Assembly (NCBI RefSeq): GCF_018350175.1
Contig: NC_058383.1
Span: 28,894,001 to 28,958,000, forward strand
Reading direction: 5' to 3'
DNA length: 64,000 nt
Origin: Felis catus
Taxonomy: Eukaryota
Shown here: piece after piece, positions 23,801-36,289 of the stretch
How the letters are laid out: each line of letters opens with the position of its first letter
Numbering within the stretch: position 1 is the stretch's first letter
Made by a program: the position numbers and the translations under genes
Notes under the pieces: model-generated
What the model saw: only the letters and a program-made list of their open reading frames with translations
Told to the model about the DNA's origin: nothing
The model's database searches: none

Positions 23801-25660
23801 CAACAGACCAGAAAACCCATAACATCATATACAATAGACGATTTTATGCTTATTTTTTTTAAAACACCAGAATGTAGAAAGTAGATATACTTTTTTAAGT
23901 GTATATTAGTTTGTAATATTTACTTTTCTTTGTTCTACAAACATGCTATTACTAAAATTTTTTTTAAACATATATTCATTTTTGAGAGACAGAGACAGAG
24001 TGTGAGTGGGGGAGGGGCAGAGAGAGAGGGAGACACAGAATCCGCAGTAGGCTCCAGGCTCTGAGCTGTCAGCACAGAGCCCGATGGGGGGCTGGAACTC
24101 ATGAGCCGTGAGATCATGACCCGAGCTCAACCGACTGAGCCATCCAGGCGCCCCACTTTGCAATCTTAGAGTCTCAAAATTACAGAGTTCTAACACAGCC
24201 TAGGAAACCACCATTCTTCAATCTTCGGAGCTCAGTAGAAGGACTCACCAGTGGCCATCTTTTATGGAATGGGACAACCACCTTCTCTCTTACTTTTGCA
24301 ACTTCTTCAAGAAAGAGTGAATTGTCCAGCAGAAAAACATTGTACTCTCTCCTACAGAGTCCTTCTTTTTCGGTTTCTCCATTTTTAGTTCAGGCTGGAT
24401 ACAGTCATATTTTCCATTTGGGTTATGATAAAGTTCTCACTAGCGGGAGCCATCACCAGTATGAGACCCTATGTGAAGCTTGTACCCCCATCTTTTTTAA
24501 AATTAAATCTGTCAGTCTGATGCTTCATAGTTTTTTACAGTTCTTACAAGTTTGCATTTACACCCTTTACACACGAAGACAGATTTCCTTGTATTACTAG
24601 AAGGTTTACGGTAATAGTAATAGCTTCACTTAAGTGCTTTCTTTGTGGTGGGACTGTGCACACTGACCTCTTTATTTGCACCGTCATTAATTTTCAGAAC
24701 AGTACCGTGAAGGTTATCATCAGTGTTTTATGGTTGAAGAAATTGAGAAAAGGAACCAACTTGTTTGAGGTCAAATAGCCACTAGGTGGCAAATCAGGAC
24801 ACAATTCAGAATAGTGCAGGGGACTAGAAGGCAGGAGATAGGGCTTCAAGACCGAAGCATTTTTTTTTTAATTTTTTTTTTAACATTTATTTATTTTGAG
24901 ACAGAGAGAGACAGAGCATGAACGGGGGAGGGTCAGAGAGAGAGGGAGACACAGAATCCGAAACAGGCTCCAGGCTCTGAGCTGTCAGCACAGAGCCCGA
25001 TGCGGGGCTTGAACTCACGGAGTGTGAGATCATGACCTGAGCTGAAGTTGGATGCTTAACCGACTGAGCCACCCAGGCACTCCAAGACATTAGTATTTGA
25101 ATACACACTCTGTGCTGAAAGCAGTGGCTCTGGGCACATTTGAGTGGAATGCTTAGAAACAGTTTACAGCCTGGGCTGCCTAGGCGGCTCAGTTGGTTAA
25201 ACATCCAATATTTTTGATTTGGGTTCAGGTCGTGACCTCAGGGTGGTGATTTCAAGAGTCGTGAAATTGAGCCCCAGGTCAGGCTCCAGGCTAGGCATGG
25301 AGCATGCTTGGGATTCTCTCCCTCTCTCTCTCTCTCTCTCAATCTCTCTCTTCCTCCCCCTTCCCTGCTCGCATGAACAGGCTCTCTTTTGCACTCTCAA
25401 AACAAACAAACAAACAGACAAATAAATAAAACGTAAAATAAAAAGATGATTGTTTATTAAAATAAATAATAGTAAGAGCAACGCCTGGGTGGCTTAGTTG
25501 GTTGAGCCTCCAACTTCAGCTCAGGTCATGATCTTGCAGTTTGTGGGTTCGAGACCCACGTCAGACTCTGTGCTGACAGCTCAGAGCCTGGAACCTGCTT
25601 TGGATTCTGTGTCTTCCCTACTTGCATTCTGTCTCTCTCTCAAAAAAATAAATAAACATA

Positions 25661-25763
25661 AAGAAGAAGAAGAATTGGAAGAAGAAGAAGAAGAAGAAGA
25701 AGAAGAAGAAGAAGAAGAAGAAGAAAAAGAGGAAGAAGGCAGAGGAGGAAAAGAAGAAGAAAC
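25661..25763. repeat. (GAA)n trinucleotide tract in a SINE tail
   Basis: Directly visible; pure run ~25678-25725. Confidence 0.95.
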
Positions 25764-25895
25764 CACTTAGAGCCTGATGGAGAGAGATATATGGCATCAC
25801 ATTTGTGTTACAGGTGCTGGAATAAAGGTAAATACGAGGGACAGTGGAGAAATAGTGGCCAAGAAAGTGCATAGAAGTGGAGTACAGCTCTGTTC

Positions 25896-26343
25896 TGTTC
25901 ACCTTAAAAATAAAACTGCTAATTATTCCATCAGCAACAGCTGCATTTATTCAGGAATAGCAGAGAATTGCAATTAGGGATAAGCAAGCTATGGCAAAAC
26001 CATAGGCAAGTCTTACAAAAAAAAAAAAAAAGAGAAAAACTTGTTTTGTGGAGAAGGAGGAAGTTGGGAGGGGTTGTTTAGAACAAAAGTCTATTGGAGA
26101 GAAGCGAGAGTTCAGGGTGATGAAGGTTTCTCATTGGCTGAGCTGCATGGGTGGTTGATTTCTTGTATGAGATGTAACGTACATCTTTTCCCCTTTGGGG
26201 TGTGTAAATGATTCCTGTTGAGATTCTTCTGGTCTGGAATCTGTAATTGACAATTCTTCCTGTAATTGATACTGGGTGGCAGGGCTCCCCCTTCTGTCAC
26301 CCAGAGTCCACCTTAATGACATTTCCCTTCATTAATATTCGCC
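25896..26343 (-). mobile_element. 3' LTR of the provirus
   Basis: Direct repeat of 33213-33691; preceded on the minus strand by a polypurine tract. Confidence 0.88.
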
Positions 26344-26990
26344 TTTCCCCTTTTTGATGAAAGTCTTTCCTTGAAAGCATCACTCACCAAAAGTTAGGTT
26401 TTTTTGTGTATAGTGGTTTTGTCCGTTAGTGCCAGGAAGGACCCTTCCTGGTTGAAATGTCCCACCCTGGAAGCAAAGCACATAGCAGTTGGAAACCACA
26501 TAAGGCACATCTGAATAACAAGGAGGTAAGAAGAGAAACTCCCGTGAACTTCCCATCTGAAGTCTGCATCTTCTCAAGGTTGTGAGTGTTGGGGATCGTC
26601 TTGAAGGATGGAGCCAGCATCACCTTATTGGGTACACTGCTTTTACAAAAGATTGACAAGTACAGAAGCAAAAATAACATGACAATTCCAAACTGTATGT
26701 TGGTACTAAGCCATGACCCTAGGTCTGAGGGTAACCAGCCCAAGATATTTATTGGCACTTTTTCTGACCTAGGAAAGAAAAGTTTGAAGGCAAACCTGGA
26801 CTCGTATGCCTCCTGGAAGTCCCTGCTTAAAGCGGCCATATGAAAGCAGAATGATAAATTCTGCCAAGAGCACGCTGAAAGAGTTTACCTAGTGCTTTTG
26901 GAAACATACAGGGCAGGTATACACTTAAAGCAATAGCCGATGAACTTTAAAGTATTGTTATGTCAGGGTACCTGGATGGCTCAGTCGGTT

Positions 26991-27313
26991 TGTGGTAGGG
27001 CCCCCTCCCTAAGGAAAGAGAAAAAAAGAGAAAGAAAACTTCAAGGTAACCTGGCTATGCACCTGTGTGACAACATCCCTCATGACCTTGTAAATAAACT
27101 GAGACTACTTAATCAGACTGCACGTTTGTGTGTGTGTCACCATATATGGGAGACAAAGAAATAGAAAATGTATAAAAAAACTATGTCATGTGACATTCGG
27201 TGCTCAGTTCTTCGGATACGAACCCAACTGAGCAGTCCCAGCACGAATAAAGTTGCTTCCTGGAAATTAAACAGCCTCGTTGTCAGGACTCTCTGTGTGA
27301 GAATCCTGCTACA
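26991..27313 (+). mobile_element. Solo LTR inserted in a Can-SINE inside the provirus
   Basis: Termini TGTGGTAGG...CCTGCTACA, TATAAAA at ~27171, AATAAA at ~27246, flanks GGTT/GGTG. It splits the SINE between ...ctcagtcggtt and aagc.tccgactt. Confidence 0.8.
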
Positions 27314-29211
27314 GGTGAAGCTTCCGACTTTGGCCCAGGTCCACGATTTCCCCGTTCTGTGAGCTTGAGCCCTGCATCAGGCTCTGTGTTGACAACTCAG
27401 AGCCTGGAACCTGCTTCTGATTCTGTGTCTCTCTCTCTCTCTCTGCCCCTCCCCTGCTCACACACTGTCTCTCTTTCTCTCTCTCTCAAAAATAGATGAA
27501 CATTAAAAGAAACTTTTTTTGAGTATTGTTATGTCAAAAGAGCTTTCGTGAAAACAAATGTTATTGAATAGTACAGTCTATAAAGTTGTAAATTTGGAGA
27601 CTGTGAATTTGGATAAAAACCCAACATCAGTAGTTCTGATGAATTCTAAACCTTCTAACCCTTCAGAAAAAGCAAGTGAATCATGGGATCATGATGATGC
27701 GGTTTCCAAAAAGCCATAATCAAAGAAAAGTTTTCCCCCTTTCACAAGGGTTTGGGAAATGCAGACAAGGATGTGGTGTTTTCATGGGAAAGAGAGAAGA
27801 AGCAACAATGAGAAAAAGTTATCAGGGCGGGTCAGGACATCCCAGGAAAGCTGTCTTTCCAGACGTCATCCTCAGCCGGGAAATCTTAAAAACTCACTTC
27901 GCCAGATGGTGTGCAGACCCACTCAGGGTTTGCTGCTTTCTTTTTGGATTGAAAAAACATTTTTTTTAATGTTTATTTATTTTTGAGAGAGAGAGAGAGC
28001 GCGCGCACGCGCGCAAGTGGGGGAGGGGGAGAGAGAGAGGGAGATGGAGAATTCAAAGTAGGCTTTGTCAGCACAGAGCCCAACGTGGGGCTCAAACCCA
28101 TGAACTGTGAGATCATGACCTGAGGTGGAGTCAGACACTCAACTGAGCCACCCAGGCGCCCCAAAGCATTGCATTTTTAATAGAAGCAATTGGGTCTTTA
28201 CGTTCTTGAGGTGGATCTCCTTTTATCAACTGTGGGTCAAAGGAGGCAGGGGCCAAATGTATGACTTGGCCCTTGACTGTCTCAAAGGGTAAGGGTCCAT
28301 GAGTTCCAAAGGGGTTGGATGTGAGATTTAGAAACACCAATGGCAGGGTGCCGGGGTGGCTCAGTTGGTTAAGCATCCGACTTCGGCTCAGGTCATGATC
28401 CCGCGGTTCATGGGTTTGAGCACCGTGTCGGGCTCTGTACTGACAGCTCAGGGTCTGGAGCCTGCTCCCGATTCTGCATCTTCCCCTCTCTCTACCCTCC
28501 TTCACCCCTCCCTGCTTGTGCTCTCTCTCTCTCTCTCTCTCAGAAATAAATGAACATTAAAAAACTTTTAGAAGGACCAATGACAATGCTTTAGGGCAGG
28601 GTAGTTGGAGGGTCTTTACAGATTTTGCCTATGGAGTCTTAACAGTGCCATTGGTGTGTGACTAACCCTCAGGAGGGAGGATGATACTGTGCAGGGACAA
28701 GAATTTATGTCCTCTCGAAGTTCCTTCCAGCTGGATTATGAATCAGATTGACATGACGTGAGACAAATCAACAGGAGAAAACGGAACGTAGTTTGCACAC
28801 GCAGAGAATCCACAGAGACGAGCAAATTCCAACAACAGGCGGAATGAGGTGTAGAGGTCTCCCTGAACTAAGGAGAAGGAGGTAGGAGTCTGGGACTTCA
28901 AGGGAAGGAATGCACTTCCCAGGGCGATAAGAAGGGCAGATGTTTGCTAATTAGATGTTTGCCCTGCTCTACAGATGGGTCGCACAGATAAAAGTTCTCT
29001 CTTGCAATAACCCTCATTCTGAGAAAGACGCCCAATTTATATTTTTCTAGGTAGTTAAGGGAGAGGCAAAGTTTCTTCTGAGCCTGCAGGCTCTTGAGTG
29101 ACTATGGCTCAAGATAATCTTGGGGTGCTTGGCTGACTCAGTTGGTAGAGCATACCATTCTTGATCTCAGGGTCGTGAGTTCAAGCCCCACATGGGGTGT
29201 GGAGCTTACTT

Positions 29212-29212
29212 A

Positions 29213-29251
<39 letters not shown>

Positions 29252-29338
29252 GGGAAGAAAGAGAAAGAAAGAAGGAAAAAGAAAGAAAGAAAGAAAGAGA
29301 AAGAAAGAAAGAGAAAGAAAGAAAAAGAAAGAGAGAAA

Positions 29339-29394
<56 letters not shown>

Positions 29395-29409
29395 AAAGAA
29401 AGAAAGAGA
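29212..29409. repeat. Compound (GAAA)n tetranucleotide microsatellite in a SINE tail
   Basis: About 198 nt containing only purines on the plus strand. Confidence 0.97.
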
Positions 29410-30825
29410 TAACCTTCATGCCAGAGCGGCTCGTCTTGGGGCAGCCTGCCCACGGCTGTGCTGACAGCTCAGAGTCCGGAGCCTGCTTCGGATTCTGGGT
29501 CTCCCTCTCTCTTTGCCCCTCCCCTGCTCGCACTCAGTCTCCCAAAAAGAAAACAAATGTTAAAAAAAAAAAAAAAAGATATTGGTTAGGGATGCCTGGC
29601 TGGCTTGGTTGGTGGAGGGTGTGAATCTTGATTTCAAGGTTGTGAGTTCGAGACCCACGTTCGGGGCAGAGATTACTTAAAAAAAAAAAAAAGAGATACT
29701 GGCTCTCCTTATCAGTGCAAAACTGCACAGCATAGATCAGTTACAGTGAAAAATTTGCTTTTGGAGGGGAATATACGTGAGTGGCGCATGGGGGTTAGGA
29801 ACAACAGAGTGCTGAAGAATAAAATTGTTATTCACTGTTTGACGTCCTGCAAACCTCCATCCTTGGCAGTGGGTTTTCTCACAGGTAAAATAGGGGTATT
29901 ACAGGGAATAGTGCAGGGGATTATGAGGTTCTGAGCCTTATAATCTTCTATTACAGGCTTGATGCTTTGAAGGGCTTCTTTACTTATAGGAAATTGATTC
30001 ATTAGGGGGGAGAGGTTTTGAGGGATCTATTTGAGTCTTGATAGGAGATGCACTGTGGATTCTGCCATCAGTTGAGGACTTTTCCCATAAAGAAGGTGGT
30101 GGCTGATTCAATAGGAACAAATGCCCCGTGTCCCCAGACACTGCTATAGTCCCATCAGAGACAGAGCCCCGAGGAGATGCCAAAAGGTCATTTATTTCCC
30201 CTGGTTGGTTATTTCAGTTACTGGCTATCAAATTCTAGAATTATGTCTTTCTTTTGGGAGAAAGGAATTCCAGCATGGTATTTTTCTAAGAAATCTCAGC
30301 CCAAGAAGTGAATAGGGCCCGAGGAACTAAGGAGAAAAGGGTACATTATCTCTCAAAGAGCCTCGACAAAAGGGAATGAGTTCAGACATAGGAACCTGTT
30401 GAGGTTTATTAGAGACCCCCACGTTTGAACTGTTTTAGTACTCCGAGACCCAGGGTGCTTTATAGCAAAGGGGTTGAGCACCAAGAGTGTGATTCCAGTA
30501 TAAACAGGGATAGAGTGATTGATTCCCAATCTGGAGAGTGCTTTCTCTGAGCCGGTGGAGGAGGAGGGTTGGAAAGAGCCCCTGTAGTTCCTTGGATCCC
30601 CATCGTTGATAATTGCTTCAGTGGGTAACTTTGTTTTTGTTTTTGTTTTTTTTCAAATGCCCTGGCTCTTTGCAATAATAGCAGAAACTAGGGATTTTTT
30701 TTGTTTAGAACCTTCATTTGCTGGAGGTGAAAACTGAGAATTTTAGCAGTCTTTCTTGTAGGGGACTCATCTAGAACGTGAGCAAGCTGGCTTGCCAAAT
30801 TACCTAACTCTGGAGTGGGCACCTA

Positions 30826-31642
30826 TGTGAAAATGTTGGGGTTTGGAGGGAGAGGTCAAGAAAGAATTCTTGAGACATCTTTGGTGCAGATAGGTGGTTT
30901 TATTAAATAAAGCACAGAGACGGGGCGCCTGGGTGGCGCAGTCGGTTAAGCGTCCGACTTCAGCCAGGTCACGATCTCGCGGTCCGTGAGTTCGAGCCCC
31001 GCGTCAGGCTCTGGGCTGATGGCTCAGAGCCTGGAGCCTGTTTCCGATTCTGTGTCTCCCTCTCTCTCTGCCCCTCTGCCGTTCATGCTCTGTCTCTCTC
31101 TGTCCCAAAAATAAATAAACGTTGAAAAAAAATTTTTTAAATAAAGCACAGAGAAGGGACCCATGGGCAGAAAGAGCAGCACTGGGACTGTGAGAAAATG
31201 GCTGGTTGTATACTTTCGAGAGGGGAGGGGTTTAGGGATCGCCGACTTCTTCTCTAAGGAATTTTGGAAGCAAGGTTTCCAGGACCTTGAGGGGTTAGCT
31301 ATCGTTAGGAAAAGGTCATTTGCTACTGTCTAATAAAACCTTAGTCATGAGACCCTTCCGATGTATATCAGTGGGCCATATGCTTGGAGGGGGATTGCGA
31401 ACATATATCTTGGGGGGTAGAGATAAAGGAAGTTTCCAAAGGACTTTTATGTGTTTGAGTGAGACTTACAGCATCCTGGAGGTCAGGATAATGTTAAGCT
31501 AAGATTGCCTTTTTCCCTTAGCAAAGTATTAACCTCCAGGCAGCTGAGAACGTAGAGGGAGGTCACTCTGTCCCAAGGACTCGTCAATGGGCTGTAAGTT
31601 GTAAGGAGATTTAACTTTTTTCTTTTGCCTTTGTTCCTGACA
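30826..31642 (-). mobile_element. Solo LTR related to 17622-18210, nested in the provirus and interrupted by a young SINE
   Basis: Shares blocks such as AAAAGGCAATCTTAGCTTAACATTATCC and AAGATGTCTCAAGAATTCTTTCT with 17622-18210. The SINE at ~30922-31137 has a 17-bp TSD TAAATAAAGCACAGAGA. Confidence 0.78.
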
Positions 31643-33212
31643 GGAGGCAGTTTCCCATTCCATCCTGATCTTTTTAACTAAAAGAGAAGGATGTCGGTTC
31701 AGCTGGTTAATAACCACAGCGTTAAATGCGACTGGGGTGGATTCAACATCCAAACGGAGGTCAGGGGCGCCTGAGCGGCTCAGTTGGTCAAGCATCTGAC
31801 TTCAGCTCTGGTTATGATCTAACGACTAGTGAATTCGAACCCTGCCTCAGGCTCAGAGCTTGGAGCCTGCTTTGGAGTCCGGATTCCATCTCCCTTTCTC
31901 CCCTCCCCTGCTTGTGCTCTCTCTCTCTCAAAAATAAATAAACATTAAAAAAATTTAAAAAAAAATTTTTTTAACACTTACTCATTTTTAAGAGAGAGAG
32001 AGACAGCATGAGTTGGGGAGGGCAGAGAGAGAGGCAGACACAGAATCTGAAGCAGGCTCCAGGCTTGAGCTGTCAGCACAGAGCCTGACGTGGGGCTCAA
32101 ACCCACGAGCCATGAGATCATGACCTGAGCCGAAATGAAGAGTCGGATGCTCTGACTACAGAGCCACCCAGGTGCCCTAAATTACTTTTTGTTAAGTCAG
32201 TAACCTTAGTTACTAACTTCGTAACTTAGTTGTAAATGTGCATGTGGAAGGACTGTAGTTTTGCTTTTGTTTTTTAATTTTTCTTTTCAGTGTTCATTTA
32301 TTTTTGAGACAGACAGAGACAGAATGCGAGTGGGTCAGGGGCAGAGAGAGAGGGAGACACAAAATCTGAAGCAGGCTCCAGGCTCCTAGCTGTTAGCACA
32401 GAACCTGACGCAGGGGACGAACCCACGAACCGTGAGATCATGTCCTGAGCTGAAGAGCTGAAGTCAGACGCTTAACCAACTGAGCCACCCAGGTGCCCCT
32501 TGCTTTTGTTTTTTAAATCAATGTTATCAACAATTCTGGGTGTTTTTTAATGCTTGTTTATTTTGGGAGAGACAGAGAGAGAGTGCTCAAGCAGCGGAGG
32601 GGCAGAGAGATTGGAGAGAGAAAGAATCCCAAGCAGGGTCTTGGCCGCCAGTGGGGAGCCCCATGAGGGGCTTGAACCCATGAACTGTGAGATCACTACT
32701 GAGCTGAAAGCAAGAGTTGGACACTTAACCAACTGAGCCACCCAGGCACCCAAAAGGACCATAGTTTTTAAACATAAAACAGGCCAGAGTTTCAGTAGGG
32801 AGGGAAGAATCCCATTTCTTAGAGGTTTTTCTCTAGTGGAAAGAGAACAAGGGACTAAACAGCAGTTTCAGCAGGAACAGCCTGGCCCCAAAAAGGAGTC
32901 AGACCAAAGGCCAGCAGTTTGGGAGGAACAGTCCAGTTCCGACTAGGACTGATACCAAAGGGTGAAGAAGTACTCTCAGAAGGTAAAAGCAAACAAACAA
33001 AAACAAGAAAGACAAGAAAACCCAAGGCCTTAAAGTAGATCTTGAACATACGGCATACAGCTTGAAATTCTGGAGAAAACTTACCTTCAATCTCCAGGGG
33101 TGGAGAGAAAGCAGTGAGCCTGATTGGGTGTGTGGGTACTGGCACCTGTTTGTGCACCAGCGTCAGAGTTTTTAGGGGTCTTCTCTGGATCCCACATCGG
33201 ATAATCAAGTAA

Positions 33213-33333
33213 TGTTCACCCTAAAAATAAAACTGCCAATTATTCCATCAGCAACAGCTGGGTTTATTCAGGAATAGCAGAGAATTGCAATTAGAGATAA
33301 GCAAGCTATGGCAAAACCATAGGCAAGTCTTAC

Positions 33334-33386
<53 letters not shown>

Positions 33387-33691
33387 TGTTGTTTTGTGGA
33401 GAAGGAGGAAGTTGGGAGGGGTTGTTTGGAACAAAAGTCCATTGGAGAGAAGCGAGAGTTCAGGGTGATGATGGTTTCTCATCGGCTGAGCTGCAGGGGT
33501 GGTTGATTTCTCCTAGGAGATGTAATGTACATCTTTTCCCCTTTGGGGTGTGTAAATGATTCCTGTTGAGATTCTTCTGGTCTGGAATCTGTAATTGACA
33601 AGTCTTCCTGTAATTGACACTGGGTGGCAGGGCTCCCCCTGCTGGCACCCAGAGTCCCCGTTAATGAGATTTCCCTTCATTAATTTTCACA
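33213..33691 (-). mobile_element. 5' LTR of the provirus
   Basis: Starts TGTGAAAA and ends GGTGAACA on minus; followed by a degraded PBS-like ...GATGTGGGAT. Confidence 0.88.
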
Positions 33692-36289
33692 GTTGGAAGC
33701 ATAAATCTGAAGGGAAAGGAGGGCCAGCATGCGTAATGGGTCTTTCAGCTAAGCGGGGCCATTGTGTGAGCAGGGGACAATGAAAACAGCCTGGCATATT
33801 AAGGAAACTGCCAGTGGACCAGTGTTGCTGGAGGTGCCTGTGTATTTGGGGAGAGTGCTGGAGACATGGGATAGAGACACACAAGTGGACAGATGAGGCT
33901 AGAAGGGGTTCAGTGGTCAAAGAGTTTAGGACATGATATAGGCGTTAGCATTTTGTGAGCAGGGGGAAACCACAGAAGGGCGCTAAGCAAGGGAATGATA
34001 ACAGAATTACGGTTTTGGAGACTGCCCTCTTAGGTAGTGTGAAAGGTAGATCGAAGACAACAAGTTTATCATCAGCGTCCCAGTTGGTTAAAGTTCAAGC
34101 AGTATTTCAGCGTTAAAAGTATGGACTGAGGCAACAGGCGTGGGTTAAAGAATTAATGCCTGGCACGGGGCACCTGGGTGGCTCAGTCCATTAAGCATCC
34201 GACTTCAGCTCAGGGCATGATCTCATGGTTCATGAGTTCGAGCCCCGCGTCAGGCTCTGTGCTTACAGCTTGGAGCCTGGAGGCTGCTTCAGATTCCGTG
34301 TCTCCCTCTCTCTCCCCCGACCCCACTCATGCTCTGTCTCTCTCTCAAAAATAAATAAACGTTAAAAAAAAAAAAAAAAGAATTAGTGCCTGACAAGAAA
34401 AGAGTTAAGAAAGTAGAATTGACAAGGGAGAGTATGAGGGAACTTTCACTGATGAGTCATAGCCCGCAGCTTAAAAACACTGTCCTGAGGTCCCCCCTGA
34501 CCCGGTGGCTTTTTTATAGTCTGAAGTGTTTTTTGTTTTCTTTAAAAAAATTTTTTTAACGTTTCTTAGTGAGAGAGAGAAAGATGGACAGAGCGCGAGT
34601 GGGGGAGGGGCAGAGAGAGAGGGAGACACAGAATCCAAAGTAGGCTCCAGGCTCCGAGCTGTTAGCATAGAGCCTGATGTGGGGCTCGAACCCACAAACC
34701 ATTAGCTCATGACCTGGGCCAAGGTCAGACACTTAACCGACTGAGCCACCCAAGTGCCCCATATAGTTTGAAGTTTTATACACTATATCTGCTATTTGTT
34801 TGTTTGCTTTATTGAAGTAGAATCAACATACAATGTTCTATTAGTTTCAGGGGCACAACATACTGATTCAACCATTCTGTACTCTGTGCTCACCATGACC
34901 TGTGTGGTCGCCAGCTGTCACCATGCAAAGTTATTACAATATTGAGTCTCTTGCCTACGTTGTATTTTTCGTCTCTGTGACTTATTTATTTTATAACAGG
35001 AAGTTTCTCCCTCTTAATCCCCTCCCCCACACACACACACACCTCCTCTCTGGCCACCACCAGTTTGTTCTGTGTATTTAAGAGTGTGGTTTCTTTGTTT
35101 GCTTGTTTTGATTTGTGAGATTCCACACATACAATAGGTCCTTTAAATCACAGGCTTGAAACCTCTGTGAAGTCAGGGCCCAACATCCATCGTGCTCACC
35201 ACTGTATTCCTGCTGAAGGATCCTGAAACAGATTTGAAAATAGCTATTACAGGGGCGCCTGGGTGGCTCAGTCGGTTGAGTGTCCAACCTCGACTCAGGT
35301 CATGATCTTATGGTTCATGGGTTCCAGCCCCACTTCAGGCTCTGTGCTGACAGCTCAGAGTCTGGAGCCTGCTTCAGATTCTGTGTCTTCCTCTCTCTCT
35401 GTCCCTCCCATGCTCACCCTCTGTCTGTCTCTTTCTCAAAAATAAATAAACGTTAAAAAAATTAAAAAAATAAAAAATATAGCTATTACAGACCAAAGAT
35501 CAAACAGTATGTTCTTTGACTAAAAGAGTTAAAGTCTGGCATCAGATGTGAGAAGAAAATTCAAGTTACTTAGCCTGATACAAGCAAAGTTTTTTTAAAA
35601 AATCGTTTAAATGTTCATTTTATAATTTTTTGAGAGAGAGAGAGAGAGACAGAGCACGAGCAGGGGAGGGGCAGAGAGAGAGGGAGGGAGACACAGAACC
35701 TGAAGCAGGCTCCAGGCTTTGAGCCATCAGCACAGAGCCCAACGCTGGGCTCGAATTCACTAACTGTGAGATCATGACCTGAGCCGAAGTCGGAAGCTTA
35801 ACTGACTGAACCACCCAGGCGCCCCACAAGCAAAGCTTTTTGGGGGCTTAAAGGAAGACCACATCAGAAATTTTATTAAGAACTGCTAAAAGCTAATGAC
35901 ATGTGAGAAGATTTTCAAATTCTTCAAGTTGAACAGGGCTTAGAAGAAATTACACCTGCATTTTTCAGTGTTTTTTTTTAAGCCATAAGATATTTTTTGA
36001 GTACTCAAAAAAAGTTATTATTTTTATGAAAGAAATGCTTACTTTACTTACCTGATGGTGAAAAGTAGTTCTTATACAAGAACATAGAACAAAGCCTTTC
36101 AAGACAAAAAACACAAACGGGCAGTGGATTGTTAAAAAGCAATGCCGTGGCAACTCTTTCTTTGAGGCAGGGTCTTGATTAGATACTTATGACAGCATAC
36201 CTTCTCAGAGGAAGCCACTTTCACACCTCAGATGAAGTGAATCTTAATTTTTTAAAGTTTTTTTTTTTTTTACTTCACTCATTTTTTAA

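Larger units (their letters stand above)
25896..33691 (-). mobile_element. Degenerate class I (gamma-like, ERV1) endogenous provirus with both LTRs
   Basis: Homologous ~450-480 bp direct repeats at 25896-26343 and 33213-33691 (TG...CA on minus). Near-TSD GTTC/GTTG. PPT AAAAAGGGGAAAG next to the left LTR. RT remnant QFPISKEALQSIKPVIE...PCNTPILPVRKP (~29700-30100), integrase remnant LPLVFLNL...PF...PFE (~28200-28620) and env TM remnant (~26600-26750), in retroviral order. Confidence 0.9.

Noticed and set aside
25498..25902. Poly-Glu, poly-Ser and poly-Phe ORFs
   Set aside because: SINE plus (GAA)n repeat.
26426..26839. 137-aa ORF as a possible captured env (syncytin-like) gene
   Set aside because: Only a short TM-anchor remnant, with no signal peptide, SU, furin site or immunosuppressive domain visible, and upstream sequence disrupted by insertions.
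29181..29533. Lys/Glu/Arg-rich and Phe/Leu/Ser-rich ORFs
   Set aside because: Translations of the (GAAA)n microsatellite.
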